A stretch of DNA of 64,000 nt, taken from the NCBI RefSeq assembly GCF_902713615.1, contig NC_052149.1:147909383-147973382 (forward strand), in the 5' to 3' direction. The notes beneath the pieces are model-generated. The model was given only the letters and a program-made list of their open reading frames with translations, had not been told where the DNA came from and did no database searches. Of the stretch, positions 49,939 through 62,409 are shown piece by piece. This DNA is from Scyliorhinus canicula (Eukaryota). The translations under genes and the position numbers were made by a program. The stretch's first letter is position 1. Every line of letters begins with the position of its first letter.

Positions 49939-52900
49939 ATGGCTAGTCGGCAGGGGAGGGGGGCAGGGAGCCCTCTGATCCGGCTGATAACTTGGAATGT
50001 GAGGGGGCTGAACGGGCAGGTCAAGCGGGCCCGGGTGTTTACGCACTTGAAGGGGCTGAAGGCGGATGTGGCCATGCTCCAGGAGATGCACCTGAAGGTG
50101 GCGGACCAGGTTCGACTGAGGAAGGGATGGGTGGGCCAAGTATTTCATTCAGGGCTGGATGAGAGGAATCGGGGGGTGGCGATCCTGGTGGGAAAGAGGG
50201 TGTCGTTTGAGGCGTTAAAGGTGGTGGCTGACAGTGGCGGGAGGTATGTGATGGTGAGTGGTAAGCTGCAGGGGGAGCGGGTGGTACTGGTGAATGTCTA
50301 CGCCCCGAACTGGGACAATGCGGGGTTTATGCGGTGCATGTTGGGCCGCATTCCGGTTCTGGAGGCGGGTGGCCTGATCATGGGGGGGACTTCAACACGG
50401 TGCTGGATCCCCCATTGGATCGATCCAGGTCCCGGGCGGGTAGGAGGCCGGTGGCGGCGAAGGTGTTGCGGGGGTTTATGGATCAGATGGGAGGGGTGGA
50501 TCCCTGGAGGTTTGCGAGGCCAAGGGCCAGGGAGTACTCGTTTTTCTCCCACGTGCACAAGGCCTATTCCAGGATCGATTTTTTGGTCCTGAGCAGGGCG
50601 CTGGTTTCGAGGGTGGAGGATGCCGAATACTCTGCCATTGCCATTTCGGATCATGCCCCGCACTGGGTTGACCTCGGGCTGGGGGAGGAGAGGGACCAGC
50701 GCCTGCTCTGGCGCTTGGAGGTGGGGCTGCTGGCAGACGAGGAGGTGGCCGGGAAGGTTAGGGGGTGTATTAAGAGGTACCTTGAGGCCAACGATAATGG
50801 GGAGGTCCGAGTGGGGAAGGTCTGGGAGGCATTGAAGGCGGTGAATAGTGGGGAGTTGATTTCCATCCGAACCCATAGGGAGAGGGGAGAGCAGAGAGAG
50901 AGGGAGAGATTGGTGGGGGAGATGGTGAGGGTGGACAGGAGATATGCGGAGGCTCCGGAGGAGGGATTGCTGGGGGAGCAGAGAGCCTTCAGGCCAGGTT
51001 CGATCTACTGACCACCAGAAAGGCGGAAGCTCAGTGGAGGAAAGCACAGGGAGCGTTGTATGAATACGCGGAGAAGGCGAGCAGGATGCTGGCGCATCAG
51101 CTCCGAAAGCGAGACGCGGCCGGGGAGATTGGGGGAGTGAAGGATAGAGATGGGAAGGTGGTGCGGAGGGGGGTAGATGTTAATGGGGTCTTTAGGGACT
51201 TTTATGGAGAATTGTACCGGTCTGAACCCCCGGTGGAGGGGGGGGAATGGGGCGCTTCTTGGACAAGCTGCGATTTCCAAAGGTGGAGGCGGGGCAGGTG
51301 TAGGGACTGGGGGCGCCGATTGAGCTGGAGGAGCTGGTCACTGGGATTGGCAGCATGCAGTCGGGGAAGGCCGGATGGGTTTCCGGCCGAATTCTATAAA
51401 ATGTATGCGGACCTGTTGGGCCCCCTGTTGGTTCGGACCTTTAATGAGGCAAGGGAGGTGGGGGGCTTTGCCCCCAACTATGTCACAGACGCTGATTTCC
51501 TTGATCCTTAAGCGGGACAAGGACTCCCCGCAGTGTGGGTCATATAGGCCGATCTCGTTGCTAAATGTAGACGCCAAGCTGTTGGCGAAGATCTTAGCTA
51601 CAAGGATAGAGGATTGTGTGCCGGGGGTCATTCACGAGGACCAGACGGGGTTTGTAAAGGGAAGGCAGTTGAATACCAACATACAAAGGCTTCTGAATGT
51701 CATTATGATGCCGGCTGTGGAAGGGGAGGCGGAGATAGTGGTGGCATTAGACGCGGAGAAGGCCTTTGATAGGGTTGAGTGGGGGTATCTGTGGGAGGTG
51801 TTGGAAAGGTTTGGGTTTGGGGAGGGGTTTGTCCGTTGGGTGAGGCTGCTCTATGAGGCCCCGATGGCGAGTGTAGCCACGGATAGGAGGAGGTCGGAGT
51901 ACTTTCTGCTGTACCGGGGGACGAGACAGGGGTGTCCCCTGTCCCCTTGCTCTTTGCGTTGGCAATTGAGCCCCTGGCCATGGCGCTGAGGGAGTCAGGG
52001 AACTGGAGGGGCCTGGTGCGGGGTGGGGAGGAGCATCGAGTGTCGCTTTATGCGGATGACCTGTTGCTGTATGTGGCGGACCCGGTGGGGGGAATGCCGG
52101 AGGTGATGAGGATTCTCAGCGAATTTGGGGGCTTTTCTGGGTATAAGCTCAACCTGGGTAAGAGCGAGCTGTTCGTTGTGCACCCGGGGGATCAGGAGGA
52201 GGGGATTGGTAGGCTCCCACTGAAGCAGGCAGGGAGGAGCTTTAGGTACCTGGGAGTCCAGGTGGCTAGGAGCTGGGGGGCCCTGCACAAGCTTAACCTC
52301 ACAAGGCTGGTGGAGCAAATGGAGGAGGAGTTTAAAAGGTGGGATATGTTACCGCAGTCGCTGGCGGGCAGGGTGCAGTCCGTCATGATGACGGTGCTCC
52401 CGAGGTTTTTGTTCCTGTTTCAATGCCTCCCCATCCTTATCCCGAAGGCCTTTTTTTAGGAGGGTCAACAGGAGCATCGCGGGGTTTGTATGGGCACACG
52501 GGACCCCGAGGGTGAGAAGGGTGTTTTTGGAGCGGGGCAGGGATGGGGGGGGACTTGCACTGCCCAACCTGTATGGGTATTACTGGGCTGCCAACGCAGC
52601 AATGGTGCATAAGTGGGTAATGGACGGGGGTGGGGCAGCATGGAAGAGGATGGATATGGCGTCCTGTGTGAATATGAGCCTGGAGGCGCTGGTAACAGTG
52701 CCGTTGCCGCTCCTCCAACGAGGTAGACTACGAGCCCAGTGGTGATGGCTACCCTGAAAATTTGGGGGCAATGGAGACGGCATAGCGGGGAGGTAAGGGG
52801 CTCGATGGAGACTCGATACGGGGGAATCACCGGTTTGTCCCGGGGACCGTCGATGGGGGGTTTCTCAGCTGGCACAGGGCAGGTATTAGGAGGTTGTGGG

Positions 52901-53721
52901 ACCTGTTTGTGGATGGGAGGTTTGCGAGCCTGGGTGAGTTGGAGGTGAAGTTTGGGCTCCCCCCGGGGAACATGTTCAGGTACATGCAGGTTAGGGCGTT
53001 TGCCAGGCGGCAAGTGGCGGGGTTCCCTATGTTGCGCCCGCAGGGGGTACGGGACAGGGTGCTCTCGGGGGTGTGGGTTGGAGGAGGGAAGATTTTGGAC
53101 GTGTACCATGTTATGCAGGAGGTGGATGAGGCTTCAGTGGAGGAGCTGAAGGGTAAATGGGAAGAGGAGCTGGGTAAGGAGATTGAGGAGGGGACGTGGG
53201 CGGATGCCCTGGAAAGGGTGAACTCCTCCTCTTCTTGTGCTGGGCTTAGCCTCATACAGTTCAAGGTGCTGCATAGGGCTCATATGACCGGGACGAGGAT
53301 GAGCAGGTTCTTTGGGGGCGAGGACAGGTGTACTAGGTGCTCGGGGAGCCCAGCGAGCCATGCCCATATGTTCTGGGCATGCCCAGCGTTGGGGGACTTT
53401 TGGAAGGGGGTAGCAAACACGGTGTCGAGGGTGGTGGGATCCAGGGTCGAGCCAGGCTGGGGACTCGCAATATTTGGGGTAGCAGCGGAGCTGGGAGTGC
53501 AGGAGGCGAAAGAGGCCGGTGTTCTGGTCTTTGCGTCCCTAGTAGCCTGGCGTAGGATTTTGCTTCAGTGGAAGTACACGAGGCCCCCAAGCGTGGAGGC
53601 CTGGATCAATGACATGGCTGGGTTCATTAAGTTGGAGAGGGTGAAATTCGCCCTGAGAGGGTCGGTGCAAGGGTTCTTTAGGCGATGGCAGCCTTTCCTG
53701 GACTTCCTGGCGGAACGGTAG
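49939..53721 (+). pseudogene. L1 ORF2 (APE endonuclease, RT, C-terminal CCHC)
   Basis: TWNVRGLN, LQE.HL, GGDFN, SDH; YRPISLLNVDAK, LDAEKAFDRVEW, GTRQGCPLSP, YADD; CTRC...HMFWAC; several frameshifts. Confidence 0.95.
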
Positions 53722-53859
53722 GGAAATAGGCTGGCAGCAGCAGCAAACCGGGGGGGGGGGGGGGGGGGGGGGATTTGGTTTGGTGGGAGGGAGAATTGTG
53801 TACATGTAATGTCATTTTCATGTAATTTGTGAAAATCTTAATAAAAATTATTTTTTAAA

Positions 53860-55200
53860 AAACCATAAAATATAGGAACAAGAGGACGCTATTCGGCCCT
53901 TCGAGCCTGCTCGTCATTCATTATGATCATGGCTGAACATCCAACTCAATAGTCTAATCCCACTTTCTCCCCATATCCTTTGATCCCCTTCACCTAAGTG
54001 TTATATCTAACTATTTCTTGAAAACATATGGGACGAGATTCTCTGTTTCTGAGACTGAGGGTTGATGCCGACGCAGAATTCATGGCCTTACACGACAGCA
54101 AAGCTGCCGCCATACTTCGATTGATTCAGCAACTATGGAGGGGCTAGCACCGGCACCGCATGGAATACAATCGATTCCAATGAAAAACAGCGCAGGATTC
54201 GGCGGTTCCGTGATTGACACGTGAGGCTGACAAGCTGCAGCTGCATACACACAATCCCCATACACACGTAAGCCCAGCCAACAAGATAGCACTGGTTGTG
54301 CTGGAGCTTCCATGCAGCTGATGGGTCAGCTGGGGCCAGAGGGCACCTAGGGGGTGGCCTGGGGGAACACCTCTACAACCCATGGCCCAAAATTCACAGT
54401 GGGCTGTTAGCGGCGTGTGCAGCTGCAGAGCTGCCTTGCCAGCTGCGGCAATGGTGTTCTGTGCCTGTTCACTCCGACCCCACAGCCCACCTTCTGGCCA
54501 CCCCCGACTTCTCCCCCTACCCTTGAAGAAGCCCCCTGGCCAGGGGCACAACTGTCAGCAAACTATGGCGATGTTGGACACTTTCCGTACCCCATTTCTC
54601 TCCCTCAGAAACCACGACACTGGTTTCACCATTTTGAAAAACACATGTGAACCATGCTGTCTGGAACTCGCCCCATCAGAGGCGGAGCATCGTGGAGACC
54701 CCAGAGAATACCGGGTTGAGCCTGCTAATGACATGCAAATGGTGTTTACTGAACGTGCGTCCAGACCGCATCAACATCGCTGTCGAGGTGATGGAGAATT
54801 GGATTCGGTGTCAAATCAGCGTCCGCCCCGATTTTGCCGTCGGACCTATTCTCTGCCCAATTGCATTTCATGATTTCAGGGTCAACCAAGGGCGAATCCC
54901 GCCCAGAATGCTTTGGCCTCAACTACTTCCTGTAGTAGCGAATTCCACAAAGCTCACCACTCTCTGGGTGAAGAGATTTCTCTTCATCTCTGTCCTAAAT
55001 GGTCTAACCCGTATCCTCAGACTGTGAAACCTGGTTCTGGACACATCCTGCTGACAGTTGTGCCTCTGGCCGGGGGGGAGTAGCCGGGGGTGGCCAGGTG
55101 GTGGGCTGTGGAGTCTATCTGTCTAATCCTGTCAGAATCTATGAGATCCCCCTCATTCTTCTGAAGTCCAGCGAATACAATCCTAACCGATTCAATCTCT
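53860..55200 (-). mobile_element. CR1/HER1 LINE 3' end, split by a MITE; its tail is the L1 target
   Basis: Reverse-complement similarity to 18380-18812; CATAGAAACATA tail at 48340-48351. Confidence 0.75.
54030..54904. mobile_element. Harbinger-type MITE
   Basis: GGGACGAGATTCTC / GCGAATCCCGCCC ends; interrupts the CR1; layout related to 41809-43019. Confidence 0.7.
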
Positions 55201-55902
55201 ATTGTGGGCTCATGACCCACACCCGCATCCTATGTCTGCAAAAATAGCTGGAAACAGAAATGGGGGCAGGAATCCTGAAATTGTGTCCAGCCCACTTATT
55301 TTAAGGTCCTTCCATCTCCATTCTGTCATGGACAGTGGCATGAAATTCTGAGCCCTGGTTCTGCGTGTTCCTTACCCGAAAGCATTTGTAGTGTTCTGGG
55401 GAATCTGTAGTTAATGTACTGTGGCATTTCCATCATGCCTTAGCTAAAAGACTATGGGCGTACACATGCCAGAAGGACAGCAGAAATCCAAGAAGGAGGC
55501 TCGCTGCCACCTTCTCAAGGGCAGTGAGGCGTGGGCAATAAATACTGGTTTTGCCAATGCCGCCCACATCACATGAATTAATTAAAGAAAAGTCTTTCTT
55601 CAGCACCTAATTCAAGGGCATTATAACAGCATATATTTCAATATTTATAATAGCTATAAATAGGAAAATGAATCATGATGATTGGGCAAGAGCTATTCTG
55701 TTAGCTTGATGTAGTATCATAAATGCACCCAAAATGAAAATACTTGGACTTTTTTCGCTGGAGAATCAATTCTTCCCGTGATATGATCTTTCATGTTAAA
55801 ATACCATTCGGGAAAATGATTCATAGTACACATATGGAGAGCCACATGAATTTTAGTACAATAACCTTTGCAGTTTGTGTGGCATGGGATACAGCAACTC
55901 AC

Positions 55903-55950
55903 ATGACAACAAAGCACGTATAGTATATCGTCCATCAAATATCATTCCTA
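55903..55950 (-). CDS. candidate internal coding exon of the host gene (xGMIFDGRYTIRALLS)
   Basis: Acceptor TTTTTCTTCATAG/TAG (NAGNAG, 48 or 45 nt), donor GTGAGT, a single open frame, phase 1-1, in unique sequence. Confidence 0.5.
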
Positions 55951-56534
55951 CTATGAAGAAAAATTGGGGAGCCATTTTGCTGTTTACAAATATGAGCCCC
56001 TATGTGATAATTTATTTCAGACAGCCCAAAGTATAATTTTAAAGTGATTTACCGAAAAAAGGAATTTAAAAAAGGATAATGCACTAAAAAAGTGCATAAG
56101 GAAATTTAACTCTAACAACTTAACCATTGCGGTCCCAGATGAAATCCATCCCCAAACTTCATTGCTGTGTAATTCTTTCTTACTGGATAATCAATTTATA
56201 AAGAACTATTTTGTGCATGGATGGTACTTTTCCACAAATATTTTGATGGGATTGCAATGAACTCCTCTGGTTAGAAGCATACAGCGTGTTGCTTTATCCC
56301 ACATACACTAGGCTAGATGTTCATTTACCAAACTAATTGATATTGTTGCAACAATGTCAAAAGCAGAAATCTATCCACCCTGTTATGAATAGAGAGGCGG
56401 TTTCACGTTGCATGCAGTGTGGGGGAGGGGTGAAATTGTAAGATCAAAATCCCAATGTCAACTTTGCGGCTCAGAATCTGTGATCTCAGAGCGATTGAAC
56501 CAGTTAATTTTGACTTTTACATCTACAGACATCA

Positions 56535-57030
56535 GGGGCGGGATTCTCCATTGGTTGATGCCGAAACCGGGAAAGGCAATTGAGCAGAGAATCGGTTCAG
56601 ACGTCAAAAACGCAGCGGGTGCCGATTTGACATCAGATCGCAATTCTCCATCACCTTGACAGCGGCATATGCATACCAGAACGCACGTATAGTAGCCACC
56701 GTTTGCATGTCATTCACAGAGACGGGCCCGCAATTCTCCATCTCCGAACGGTCGAGTCCCGATGGCACGGTTCACTTGTGCTTTTAAAAATCGTGAAACC
56801 AGCATCGTGGTTGCTGAGGGAGAGAGAAGAAGTAGGACCTGGAGAGGTGAGACTGCGGGCTGTCGGCCCGGATACTGGCCGGGGGAGGGGGAAGGGATGG
56901 GGTGAACAGGTCGAGCAGCGGGATGACCCCCCAAGGGACTGGGACGGTGTCCAGACATGGACTGTCATTACCAGCGGCCAACTTGCTGCACACCCACTGA
57001 CCACAACCTTGGCCGAACATTTTCCCCACT
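56535..57030. mobile_element. Harbinger-type MITE remnant (one end)
   Basis: GGGCGGGATTCTCC start; resembles the reverse complement of 54600-54904. Confidence 0.55.
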
Positions 57031-57430
57031 GACCAACCTTCTCCCCTCCACCCCACATCTTCCTCCCACTATATTGTTCTTTTTGTTTCCTTTGCTGTCT
57101 CCTGGATGGCTTTATTTCAGCGCAATATCACTCGGAAAGAACCATGCCCCTGGCCCCATTATGCTCCCTTTAATCCTGTAATTGCCACTCTCTTTGTCTC
57201 CCATTCTGATGCCCTCCACTCCTCACTTCTCTCCTGCCTTTATCCCCCCTCAAACACCACTCACTGCCCCTCCCAGCACCCCTACATTATGCCCCTTTCT
57301 CCTTTCCCTTCTTCACCCTTTTGATCCCCACTTTCCTCTCTCGCTCCCAAATCTGCACTGTCTCATCCCCATTCTGCTTATTAAAAACCTTTCACACTCA
57401 CCAAACATCTCAAAGCACTTTACAGTCACT

Positions 57431-58467
57431 GGGTTTGATTCTCTAGACTCCCAGCCACGTGTTTCTGAGCGGTGGGAGGTGGCGGGATTCACTGGTCCTG
57501 CTGTTGTCAATGGAAATTCCCATTTAAGCCACCGGGAAACCAACAGCCGGGATGAGCTGCCGGCGGGGCCAGAAAAAATCGACCGCGGACGCGCTGCGAG
57601 TTGGGGGTCATGGATTATCATAGAATTTACAGTGCAGAAGGAGGCCATTCAGCCCATCGAGTCTGCACCGGCTCTTGGAAAGAGCACCCTACCCAAGGTC
57701 AACACCTCCACCCTATCCCCATAATCCAGTAACCCCACCCAACACTAAGGGCAATTTTGGACACTAAGGGCAATTTATCATGGCCAATCCACCTATCCTG
57801 CACATCGTTGGACTGTGGGAGGAAACCGGAGCACCCGGCGGAAACCCACGCACACACGGGGAGGGTTTGCAGACTCCGCACAGAGAGTGACCCAAGCCGG
57901 AATCGAACCTGGGACCCTGGAGCTGTAAAGCATTTGTGCTATCCACAATGCTACCGTGCTGGGTCCTTGAAAGAGGTCCCCGCAGCAATTCTCTGCGATC
58001 GACCAGCCGAGTTCCTGCCGAGTTCCGCCGGCGTGGTTCCGACCTGGTTCCACCTGACGGGTGCTCAGACTCGCAGTCGCTCTAGCCTTCCTGGTGGGGG
58101 GGCAGGGGGATCAGACTCCGGGGGGGGGGGGCCTCCACGATGGACAGGCCAGCGATCAGGGGCTACTGACTGGTGGGCGCGCGTGATCCGGGGGAGGCCT
58201 ATCTTCTTCCGCGCCAGCCCGCTGTGTGGCTCTGCCATGTTGCGCGGGGTCAACACGAAAATGGACGCCGCGTGCATACACGGGCCCACGGCCGTAAGTG
58301 CAGGGCCCCGTATCAGCAGCAGGAGCTGCAGGGTGCACGCCGGGGTCCTGCTATCCCTCTTAAAACCGGAGAATCACTCTGGACTGTTCGAAAAATGTCT
58401 GGAATGATTCGCGCCTGTTTTCCGGCGGGCGTGGGGACATAGCCCCATTTTTGGAGAATCTTGGCCC
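57431..58467. mobile_element. Harbinger-type MITE interrupted by an HE1 SINE
   Basis: GGGTTTGATTCTC / GGAGAATCTTGGCCC ends; GC-rich body. Confidence 0.55.
57616..57962 (-). mobile_element. HE1-type V-SINE, full length
   Basis: Near-identical to 36925-37273. Confidence 0.92.
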
Positions 58468-58469
58468 CC

Positions 58470-58672
58470 AATTCATTTTTTCCTATTAAGGGGCAATTTA
58501 GTGTGGCCAATCCACCTACCCTGCACATCTTTGAATTGTAGGGTGGCGAAACCCACACAAACACAGGGAGAATGTGCAAACTCCACATGGACAGTGACCC
58601 AGAGTGGGGATCGAACCTGGGACCTCGGTGCCATGAGGCAGCAATGCTAGCCATTGCACCACCGTGCTGCCC
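58470..58672 (-). mobile_element. short HE1-related SINE
   Basis: Reverse complement of the 43462-43690 type. Confidence 0.8.
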
Positions 58673-58674
58673 TA

Positions 58675-58980
58675 TAAGGCCACATTTAACAGACTGTGGC
58701 ATCAAGGAGCCCTCGCAAAATCAGGGAGAAAACACTTTGCTGGTTGGAGTTATACCTGGCACAAAGGAAGATGCCTGTAGTTGTTGGTCGTCAATCATCA
58801 CATTCCAGGACATTACTGCAGGAGTCCCTCAAGGTATTGTCCTAGGCCCAACCATCTTCAGCTACTTCATCAATGACCTTCTTTCCATCATAAGGTCAGA
58901 AGCGGGGATGTTATTGATGATTGCACAAAGTTAGGCAAAATTCGCAATTCCTCAGATACTGAAGCAATCCATGGCCAAAT
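58675..58980 (+). mobile_element. CR1-like LINE RT fragment
   Basis: QDITAGVPQGIVLGPTIFSYFINDL. Confidence 0.8.
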
Positions 58981-58981
58981 C

Positions 58982-59092
58982 TGTGTGTGTGTGCAAGTGA
59001 GAGAAAGAATAAGTGTGAATTTGTTTGTGAGAGAGAGTGTGTGTGAGTGAGATACAGAGTTGAGTGTGTGTGAGAGTGTGCGTGTGTGTGTC
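58982..59092. repeat. degenerate (GT/GA)n microsatellite
   Basis: Seen directly. Confidence 0.85.
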
Positions 59093-59325
59093 TGATTTGA
59101 GAATGCTGCTCTCCAGCAACACTCCTAATATTAAATTAATTTATGAGCAATGGAAGCAGCGTCAATCCTCACATTAGAAACAACTAAATAAATGTAAGAC
59201 TTAAGTGCTTAATTGAATAAGAGAACTTTTTAATTTTAATAAGTATATATGAGAAACAGGAAATATTTTCATAAATTTGTTTTTGTACATTTGTTCCCTT
59301 TTGTGCAAAAACAATAATTTTTAGT

Positions 59326-59510
59326 GGCAACGTGGCACAATGGTTAGCACTGTTGTCTCACAGTGCTGAGGACCCGGATTTGATCCCTGCCCGGGTCACT
59401 GTCTGTGTGCAGCTTGCACATTCTCCCCGTGTCTGCATATGTCTCACCCCACAGCCCAAAGATGTGCAGGGTAAGTGGATTTGCAACACCAAATTGCCCC
59501 TTAATAAAAG
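59326..59510 (+). mobile_element. short HE1-related SINE
   Basis: GGCAACGTGGCACAATGGTTAGC head, CCCAAAGATGTGCAGG core. Confidence 0.75.
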
Positions 59511-59696
59511 AAAACTCAATTTTTTGTGGTTTAACTCATGAACAGAATAACAATGTTTCTAAGAGGTTCCATTAGTATTCTTGGGAGGTCAAATAGATTC
59601 CGTGGCTGGGTAGGTTTGTGAAACCCTCCTCTAAGCGAATAAATTCCTCATCACCATCGTTCTAAATGGTCTGCCTCTTATTTCTGACCTAGATCT

Positions 59697-60422
59697 GGGC
59701 CGGGATTCTCCCCTACCCAGCGGGTCGGGGGCTCCCTGCGGGATGGAGTGGCGTGAACCACTCCGGCGTCGGGCCGCCCCAAAGGTGCGGATTTCTCCGC
59801 ACCTTTAGGTGCCAAGCCATAACCTTGAGAAGCTAGGCCCACGCCGGAGTGGTTCCCGCCCCGCTGGCTGGCGTGGAAGGCCTTTGGCGCCATGCCAGCC
59901 GGGGCCGAAGGGACTTCACCGGCCGGCAGAAATCCGCACATGCGCTGGAGCGTCAGTGGCTGCTGACGTCATCCCCGCGCATGCGCAGGGGAGGGGGTCA
60001 CTTCCGCATCCGCCATCGTGAAAGCTATGGCCAACACGGGAGGAAAAGAGTGCCCCCAAGGCACAGGCCCGCCCGCGGAACGGTGGTCCCCGATCGCGGG
60101 CCAGGCCACCGTGGGGGCACCCCCTGGGGCCAGATTGCCCCACGCCCCCCCAGGACCCTGGGGCCCGCCCGTGCCGCCAGTCCCGCCGGTAAGGGAGGTG
60201 TTTTGATTCCCGCCGGTGGGACCGGCATGACAGCAGCGGGACTTCGGTCCATCGCGAGCCGGAGAATCGCCGGTGGGGGGGGGCCTGCCAACAGGCGCGG
60301 CGCGATTCCCACTCCCGCTGAATCTCTGGTGCCGGACACTTCGGAAGACGGCGGGGGCGGGATTCAATGCCGCCCCCCCCCGGCGATTCTCCGACCCGGC
60401 GGGGGCTCGGAGAATCCAGCCC
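59697..60422. mobile_element. GC-rich Harbinger-type MITE inserted in a CR1 fragment (~59630-60900, -)
   Basis: GGGCCGGGATTCTCC / GGAGAATCCAGCCC; colinear with 44381-45140. Confidence 0.87.
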
Positions 60423-60473
60423 CTGGTTCTAGATTCACCAGCAAAAGGTTCACCAACCATACTCGGCAGGACT

Positions 60474-60664
60474 TGGCGGGATTCTCCGGTTCCCCTGCCG
60501 CATGTTTCTCGCGACGCGTCTTTCACTGGCAGCGGGTTCTCTCTTCCCACTGCTTGACAATGGTATTTCCCATTGAAGCCACCCCACACCACCAGGAAAC
60601 CCATGGACCGGGATGCACTGACAATGGGAAAGGAGAATCCCAATGGGCGGAGAATTCCGGTCCC
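60474..60664. mobile_element. short Harbinger-type MITE
   Basis: GGCGGGATTCTCC / GGAGAATTCCGGTCCC; resembles 15489-15670. Confidence 0.6.
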
Positions 60665-61051
60665 TATCTTCCACCTGTCATTCACTGAAACATGAGAGAT
60701 TAAAAGCTCAGTTTCTTCAATCTCTCTTCATAAAACAATCCTGCCATCTCAGAGATTAGTATTGTGAACCTCTTTACATTCCCTCCGTGGTAAGTATGTC
60801 TTTCTCCAGATTGGAAGACGGAAACAATGCACAGATGCAATTTTATCAAGGTTCCGTACAATTGCAGCAAGGCATCTTTAATCCTGCCTTTGTGATAAAG
60901 AAAAACATACTATTATGGTAGAAGTGTTTTCAGAACCCCAAAATGTATCATGGAGTCCAACCACCTTTAATGAATTGTTGCTTTTGAAGTACGTGTCTTG
61001 TTCCCCAGGTGTGGTATTACAGTTATGGAAATCACAACACCCGAGGGAAAC

Positions 61052-61386
61052 AGCAGCAGCATGGTGGCATAATGGTTAGCACTGCTACCTCATAACGCCA
61101 GGGACCCGGGTTCAATTTCAACCTTGGCTGACTGCCTGTGTGGACTTTGTATGTTCTCCCCGTGTCTATATGGGTTTCCTCCAGGTGCTTTGGTTTCCTC
61201 CCACAGTCCAAAGATGTGCAGGTTAGGTGGAATGGCCTTGCTAAATTGCCCCTTGGTGTCCAGGGATGTACAGGCTAGATTCCAGGGATTGGGCGGGGGA
61301 GTGGATCCAGGTAGGGTGTTCTTTCAGAGGGTCAGTGCAGACCTGATGGGCCGAATGACCTCCTTCCGCACTGTAGGAATTCTATA
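61052..61386 (+). mobile_element. HE1-type V-SINE (inverted head fragment follows at ~61405-61528)
   Basis: tRNA head, V-core, CR1-type tail. Confidence 0.85.
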
Positions 61387-61706
61387 GTCCTATTCCATGG
61401 ATCTAGGAAACCCATACAGATATGGGGTGAATGAAAAAACACCACACAGTCACTCAAGGTCCTAATTGAGCACGGATCCCTGTTGTTGTGAGGCAGCAGT
61501 GCTAACTAACGTGCCACTGTGTTACCCATATTAAATATTTTTCTGCCTTGTTTACTTCAATTATCTTATTAATTTATAATCTCATAATAAAATGTTATGT
61601 TTTGATGTTTCATTAAGACATTTGCAGAAGACTTACGTTTAACTTTATCAGCTGAAAAATGACATTAAACATCCTCAACTTTTACAAATTTCTTGCAATA
61701 AATATC

Positions 61707-62402
61707 GGGCGCGATTTTCCGCTCCCCACGCGGCCTGGGAGAATTGTGGGAGGGCCCCCCGACATTTTTTACGCCCCCTGGCACCGCCCGCGATTCCCCC
61801 CCCCCCCCCCCAAGTCGGAAAAATTGCCGCCCATCGTTTTTCATGGCGAACGTCGATTCTCCGAGCCCGATGGGTCGAGCGGCTGGCCCTTCACGCCCGT
61901 TTCACGGCAGCGGCAAACACACCTGGTTGCTGCATTCGTGAAACGGGTGCCAGATGCCCGTTTGTGGCATCTAGGGGCCCGATTGGGATGGGAGCACCAC
62001 GACTGTGCTCGGGAGGGGACAGGCCCGCGATCGGTGCCCACCGATTGTCGGGCCAGCGTCCAGAACAAACGCACTCTTTCCCCTCCGCCGCCCGGCAAGA
62101 TCAAGCCGCTCGTCTTGCCGGGCGGCTGAGGAGAAAGACGGCCATCGCGCATGCGCGGGTTCATGCCGTCTGCGCGATGAAGTCATCCGCGCATGCGCGG
62201 GTTGGAACCGGCAACCCGAGCATGCGCGGATGACTTCACATTCTCGGCGTGACGAGGTCGCTGCCGAGAAAGACGGATGCCCGCTCCTAGCCCCCCGGGT
62301 GGGGGAGAATTAGGTGCGGAGAGCAGGCTCCGAGGCCGTTGTGAACCTCGGCCGAGTTCACGACGGCCTCCACGAATTCGGCCCCCTGCGGAGAATTCCG
62401 CC
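61707..62402. mobile_element. GC-rich Harbinger-type MITE (related to 6958-7633)
   Basis: GGGCGCGATTTTCC / GGAGAATTCCGCC; internal GCGCATGCGC repeats. Confidence 0.8.
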
Positions 62403-62409
62403 AACTTGC

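Larger units (their letters stand above)
48361..53859 (+). mobile_element. full-length L1-clade LINE (disabled)
   Basis: CpG-rich 5'UTR, ORF1, inter-ORF spacer, ORF2, G-rich 3'UTR, AATAAA 53840; imperfect TSD AAACATAAATTTTAGG / AACCATAAAATATAGG. Confidence 0.95.

Noticed and set aside
48375-53590. Long minus-strand ORFs (282, 249, 214 aa)
   Set aside because: Antisense shadows of L1 ORF1 and ORF2.
55717-55938. 73-aa Cys/His-rich ORF (-)
   Set aside because: Non-ATG start; it overlaps the better-supported 45/48-nt exon in another frame and runs through its donor.
59849-60688. 279-aa ORF and many similar overlapping ORFs in GC-rich segments (7045-7669, 16979-17658, 42283-42863, 44397-45165, 61659-62313)
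   Set aside because: They lie in MITEs, are open in several frames on both strands because high GC depletes stops, and show no domain motifs.
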